64,000 nt of DNA from an uncultured Gemmatimonadales bacterium (GTDB lineage Bacteria; Gemmatimonadota; Gemmatimonadetes; Longimicrobiales; RSA9), in contig OY970192.1 of NCBI GenBank assembly GCA_963708135.1, positions 1,376,001 to 1,440,000 on the forward strand, written 5' to 3'. Both the position numbers and the translations under genes were made by a program. The notes under the pieces were generated by a model. That model worked only from the letters and a program-made list of their open reading frames with translations. It searched no databases and was not told the DNA's origin. This document shows, one piece after another, positions 61,829 to 64,000 of this stretch (position 1 is the first letter of the stretch; the number at the start of each line of letters is the position of its first letter).

Positions 61829-62419
61829 TCAGGGGGGCGGCGCCGGGTGGAAGGCGTCCCCGGGCGGCGGCGGGAACTCGTGGAACTCGAGGTAGCGCCC
61901 CTTCTCCCGCTCGCGCTCGAGCCAGGCGGTGAAGCCGGAATCCATGAGGCCGTTGGACTGGCTCTGCGTGCGCGCGGCGCTTACGGCCAGATCGTTGGCG
62001 TACTCGTTCTGGGGATGGCCGGCGTGGCCCCGGACCCAGCGCCAGTCCACCTCGTGGCGGGCGGCCGAACGGACGAGCCGTTGCCACAGCTCTGCGTTCT
62101 CCACGGGCCCGGTCTTCCGCTTCCAGCCACGGCGCACCCAGCCGCGGACCCACTCGCGCATTCCCCGCACGAGGTACTGCGAGTCGGAGGTGAAGATCAC
62201 GCGGCAGGGGGTGCGCAGCGCCTCGACCGCCTCGAAGGCGCTGCGGATCGCCATCCGGTTGTTGGTCGTGGCGGGCTCGCTCACCCAGTAATCGCGCCGT
62301 GCCCACGCGTTCCCGCGCCACTGCTCGATGAGGCCGGCCGCCCCGCCGGGCGAGTCGCGATCGGTGAACTGCACGCCGAGGCAGGACTCATCGGCGTAGA
62401 TGTAGACCAGGGGTCGCAT
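61829..62419 (-). CDS. rnhA: Ribonuclease HI
   Basis: YADESCLG, TTNNRM, SDSQYL, GWKRK..VENAELW, WVRGHAGHPQNEYAND. Confidence 0.92.
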   Translation of the reverse strand: MRPLVYIYADESCLGVQFTDRDSPGGAAGLIEQWRGNAWARRDYWVSEPATTNNRMAIRSAFEAVEALRTPCRVIFTSDSQYLVRGMREWVRGWVRRGWKRKTGPVENAELWQRLVRSAARHEVDWRWVRGHAGHPQNEYANDLAVSAARTQSQSNGLMDSGFTAWLEREREKGRYLEFHEFPPPPGDAFHPAPPP

Positions 62420-62528
62420 GGGGCGCCAAGTTCGCCTCGCCGGTCCCACGGCGCAACCGCTTGACAGGTGTTCGGGCCGGCGTAAATTCGCTCTGGAAAA
62501 CTCTTTGGCCATCCTGCACGGAGGCGAC

Positions 62529-63644
62529 GTGGCTCGGCCCGGCTATCTTCTGCTCGAGGACGGAAGGCGCTTCGACGGCACGCTCATCGGCTCCGAGGGC
62601 AGCGCGGTCGGGGAAGTGGTCTTCAACACCTCGATGACGGGCTATCAGGAGGTGCTGACCGACCCCTCCTACGCTGGCCAGATCGTCACGATGACCTATC
62701 CGCTCATCGGCAACTACGGCGTCAACGGCACGGATGAGGAGTCGGCGCATCCGCAGGTGGCGGGCTTCCTGGTTCGCGAGCTGCCGCCGCTGCACAGCAA
62801 CTGGCGGGCGGAATCGTCACTGGAGTCCTACCTGGAGCGGAGCGGCGTGGTCGGGCTGAGCGGTCTCGACACGCGGGCGCTGACCCGGCACATCCGCTCC
62901 GCCGGAGCGATGCGCGCCGCGATCGCCCCGGCCACGGCGGCGGAGACGGAGGTGGCCGCCCGCATCGAGGCGCATCCCCGCATGGAAGGCCTCGACCTGA
63001 CCGGTGGTGTCTCGACCCAGGCCGACTACGAGATCGCGGCGGCGGGGGAGGAGCGCTTCCACGTGCTCGCCTACGACTTCGGCGTGAAGAGCCATTCGCT
63101 GCGGCTGCTGGCCGAGCGCGGCTGCCGCGTGACGGCCGTCCCCGGCCATGCCGCTCCGGAGGCGCTGCACGAGCGGCGGCCGGACGGCCTGTTCATCTCG
63201 AACGGCCCCGGGGACCCGGAGGCCGTCGCGCACGCGCTCGAGGCGATCCGCCATCTGGCGGACCGCGGCGTCCCGATCTTCGGGATCTGCCTGGGCCACC
63301 AGCTTATTGCGCGCGCCTTCGGCGGGCGGACCTACAAGCTTCGCTACGGCCACCGCGGCGGGAATCATCCGGTGCGGCGGCTGTTGGACGGCGCGGTCGA
63401 GATCACGGCGCAGAACCATGGCTTCGCGGTCAGGGCTGAGGGGGAGACCGGCGTCGAGGGCGCTGCGTCGCTCGTCGTCACGCACGCGAATCTGAACGAC
63501 GGGACGGTGGAAGGCGTGGCGCACCGGGAGCTTCCGGTCTTCAGCGTGCAGTACCACCCGGAAGCCGCTCCGGGGCCCCACGACTCGCGCTACCTGTTCG
63601 ATCGCTTCGTGGATGCGCTCGCGCACGCGCGAGGAGAGACTTGA
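62529..63644 (+). CDS. carA: Carbamoyl-phosphate synthase small subunit
   Basis: GEVVFNTSMTGYQE..TDPSY, SNGPGDP, GICLGHQ, QNHG, QYHPE; promoter candidate TTGACA-16 nt-TAAATT at 62461-62488. Confidence 0.97.
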   Translation: MARPGYLLLEDGRRFDGTLIGSEGSAVGEVVFNTSMTGYQEVLTDPSYAGQIVTMTYPLIGNYGVNGTDEESAHPQVAGFLVRELPPLHSNWRAESSLESYLERSGVVGLSGLDTRALTRHIRSAGAMRAAIAPATAAETEVAARIEAHPRMEGLDLTGGVSTQADYEIAAAGEERFHVLAYDFGVKSHSLRLLAERGCRVTAVPGHAAPEALHERRPDGLFISNGPGDPEAVAHALEAIRHLADRGVPIFGICLGHQLIARAFGGRTYKLRYGHRGGNHPVRRLLDGAVEITAQNHGFAVRAEGETGVEGAASLVVTHANLNDGTVEGVAHRELPVFSVQYHPEAAPGPHDSRYLFDRFVDALAHARGET

Positions 63645-63862
63645 CTGGGAGGGGACGGCGGCATTAACGTATGCGCCCGTCCCTTCTCAACATACGAGCA
63701 CACGCCGGTGATGAATTCCGTGGATCGCGAGCGTCCTTCCCGACCGTCTTCCGGAGCCGGCGTGTTCGTGGGGCGTTGTCCCGTTCGGGGGCGCTATCGA
63801 CGGCATCGATGGGGGCTCGGCTCCCAGGAAACACCCACTCCAGCACCAGGCAGGGAGGTACC

Positions 63863-64000
63863 ATGACGAAAGCCGACCTCGTCGAGCAGGTAGCCAGCGC
63901 GATCGGGCCAGGCATCACGAAGAAGGATTGCGCTCTCGTGGTCGACGGGCTGCTCAACGCGATCAAGAACGCCCTCGCGGACCACAACCACATCGAGATC
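63863..64000 (+). CDS. HU/IHF-family DNA-binding protein, N-terminal part (runs off the window)
   Basis: GGGAGG SD; MTKADLVEQVASAIGPGITKKDCALVVDGLLNAIKNALADHNHIEI. Confidence 0.9.
   Translation, partial: MTKADLVEQVASAIGPGITKKDCALVVDGLLNAIKNALADHNHIEI

Overview
This is a very GC-rich bacterial chromosomal window. Gene content and protein style suggest Gemmatimonadota (inference only). It is mostly core genome: the 3' part of a batABCD(E) operon, upp, tRNA-Ile2(CAU)-tatC, secDF-tatD-mutL-miaA-bshA-birA-coaX, rpsU, CIRCE-controlled groESL, thrS, a long yicC-gmk-rpoZ-coaBC-udg-dnaB-radA-ispD-tsaC-LMW phosphatase-aroE-comF-gap run, pgk-tpiA-secG, 2-oxoacid dehydrogenase E1beta/E2-lipB, rnhA, carA and the start of an HU/IHF gene. 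An accessory stretch (about 6.5-21.4 kb) holds a TipA-like MerR regulator, an MFS permease, a ~1390-aa multidomain coiled-coil protein, a GMC oxidoreductase cluster, regulators and a sugar dehydrogenase. I saw no mobile elements or CRISPR arrays. The most notable unannotated signals are non-coding or tiny: (1) a complete Thr6 leader-peptide transcription attenuator upstream of thrS; (2) a ~280-nt highly structured RNA candidate with its own promoter between lipB and rnhA; (3) a switch-like 5' leader on an HD-GYP regulator; (4) two small orphan transcription units; (5) a forced CTG start for bshA. All calls come from reading motifs by eye; no database searches or folding programs were run.
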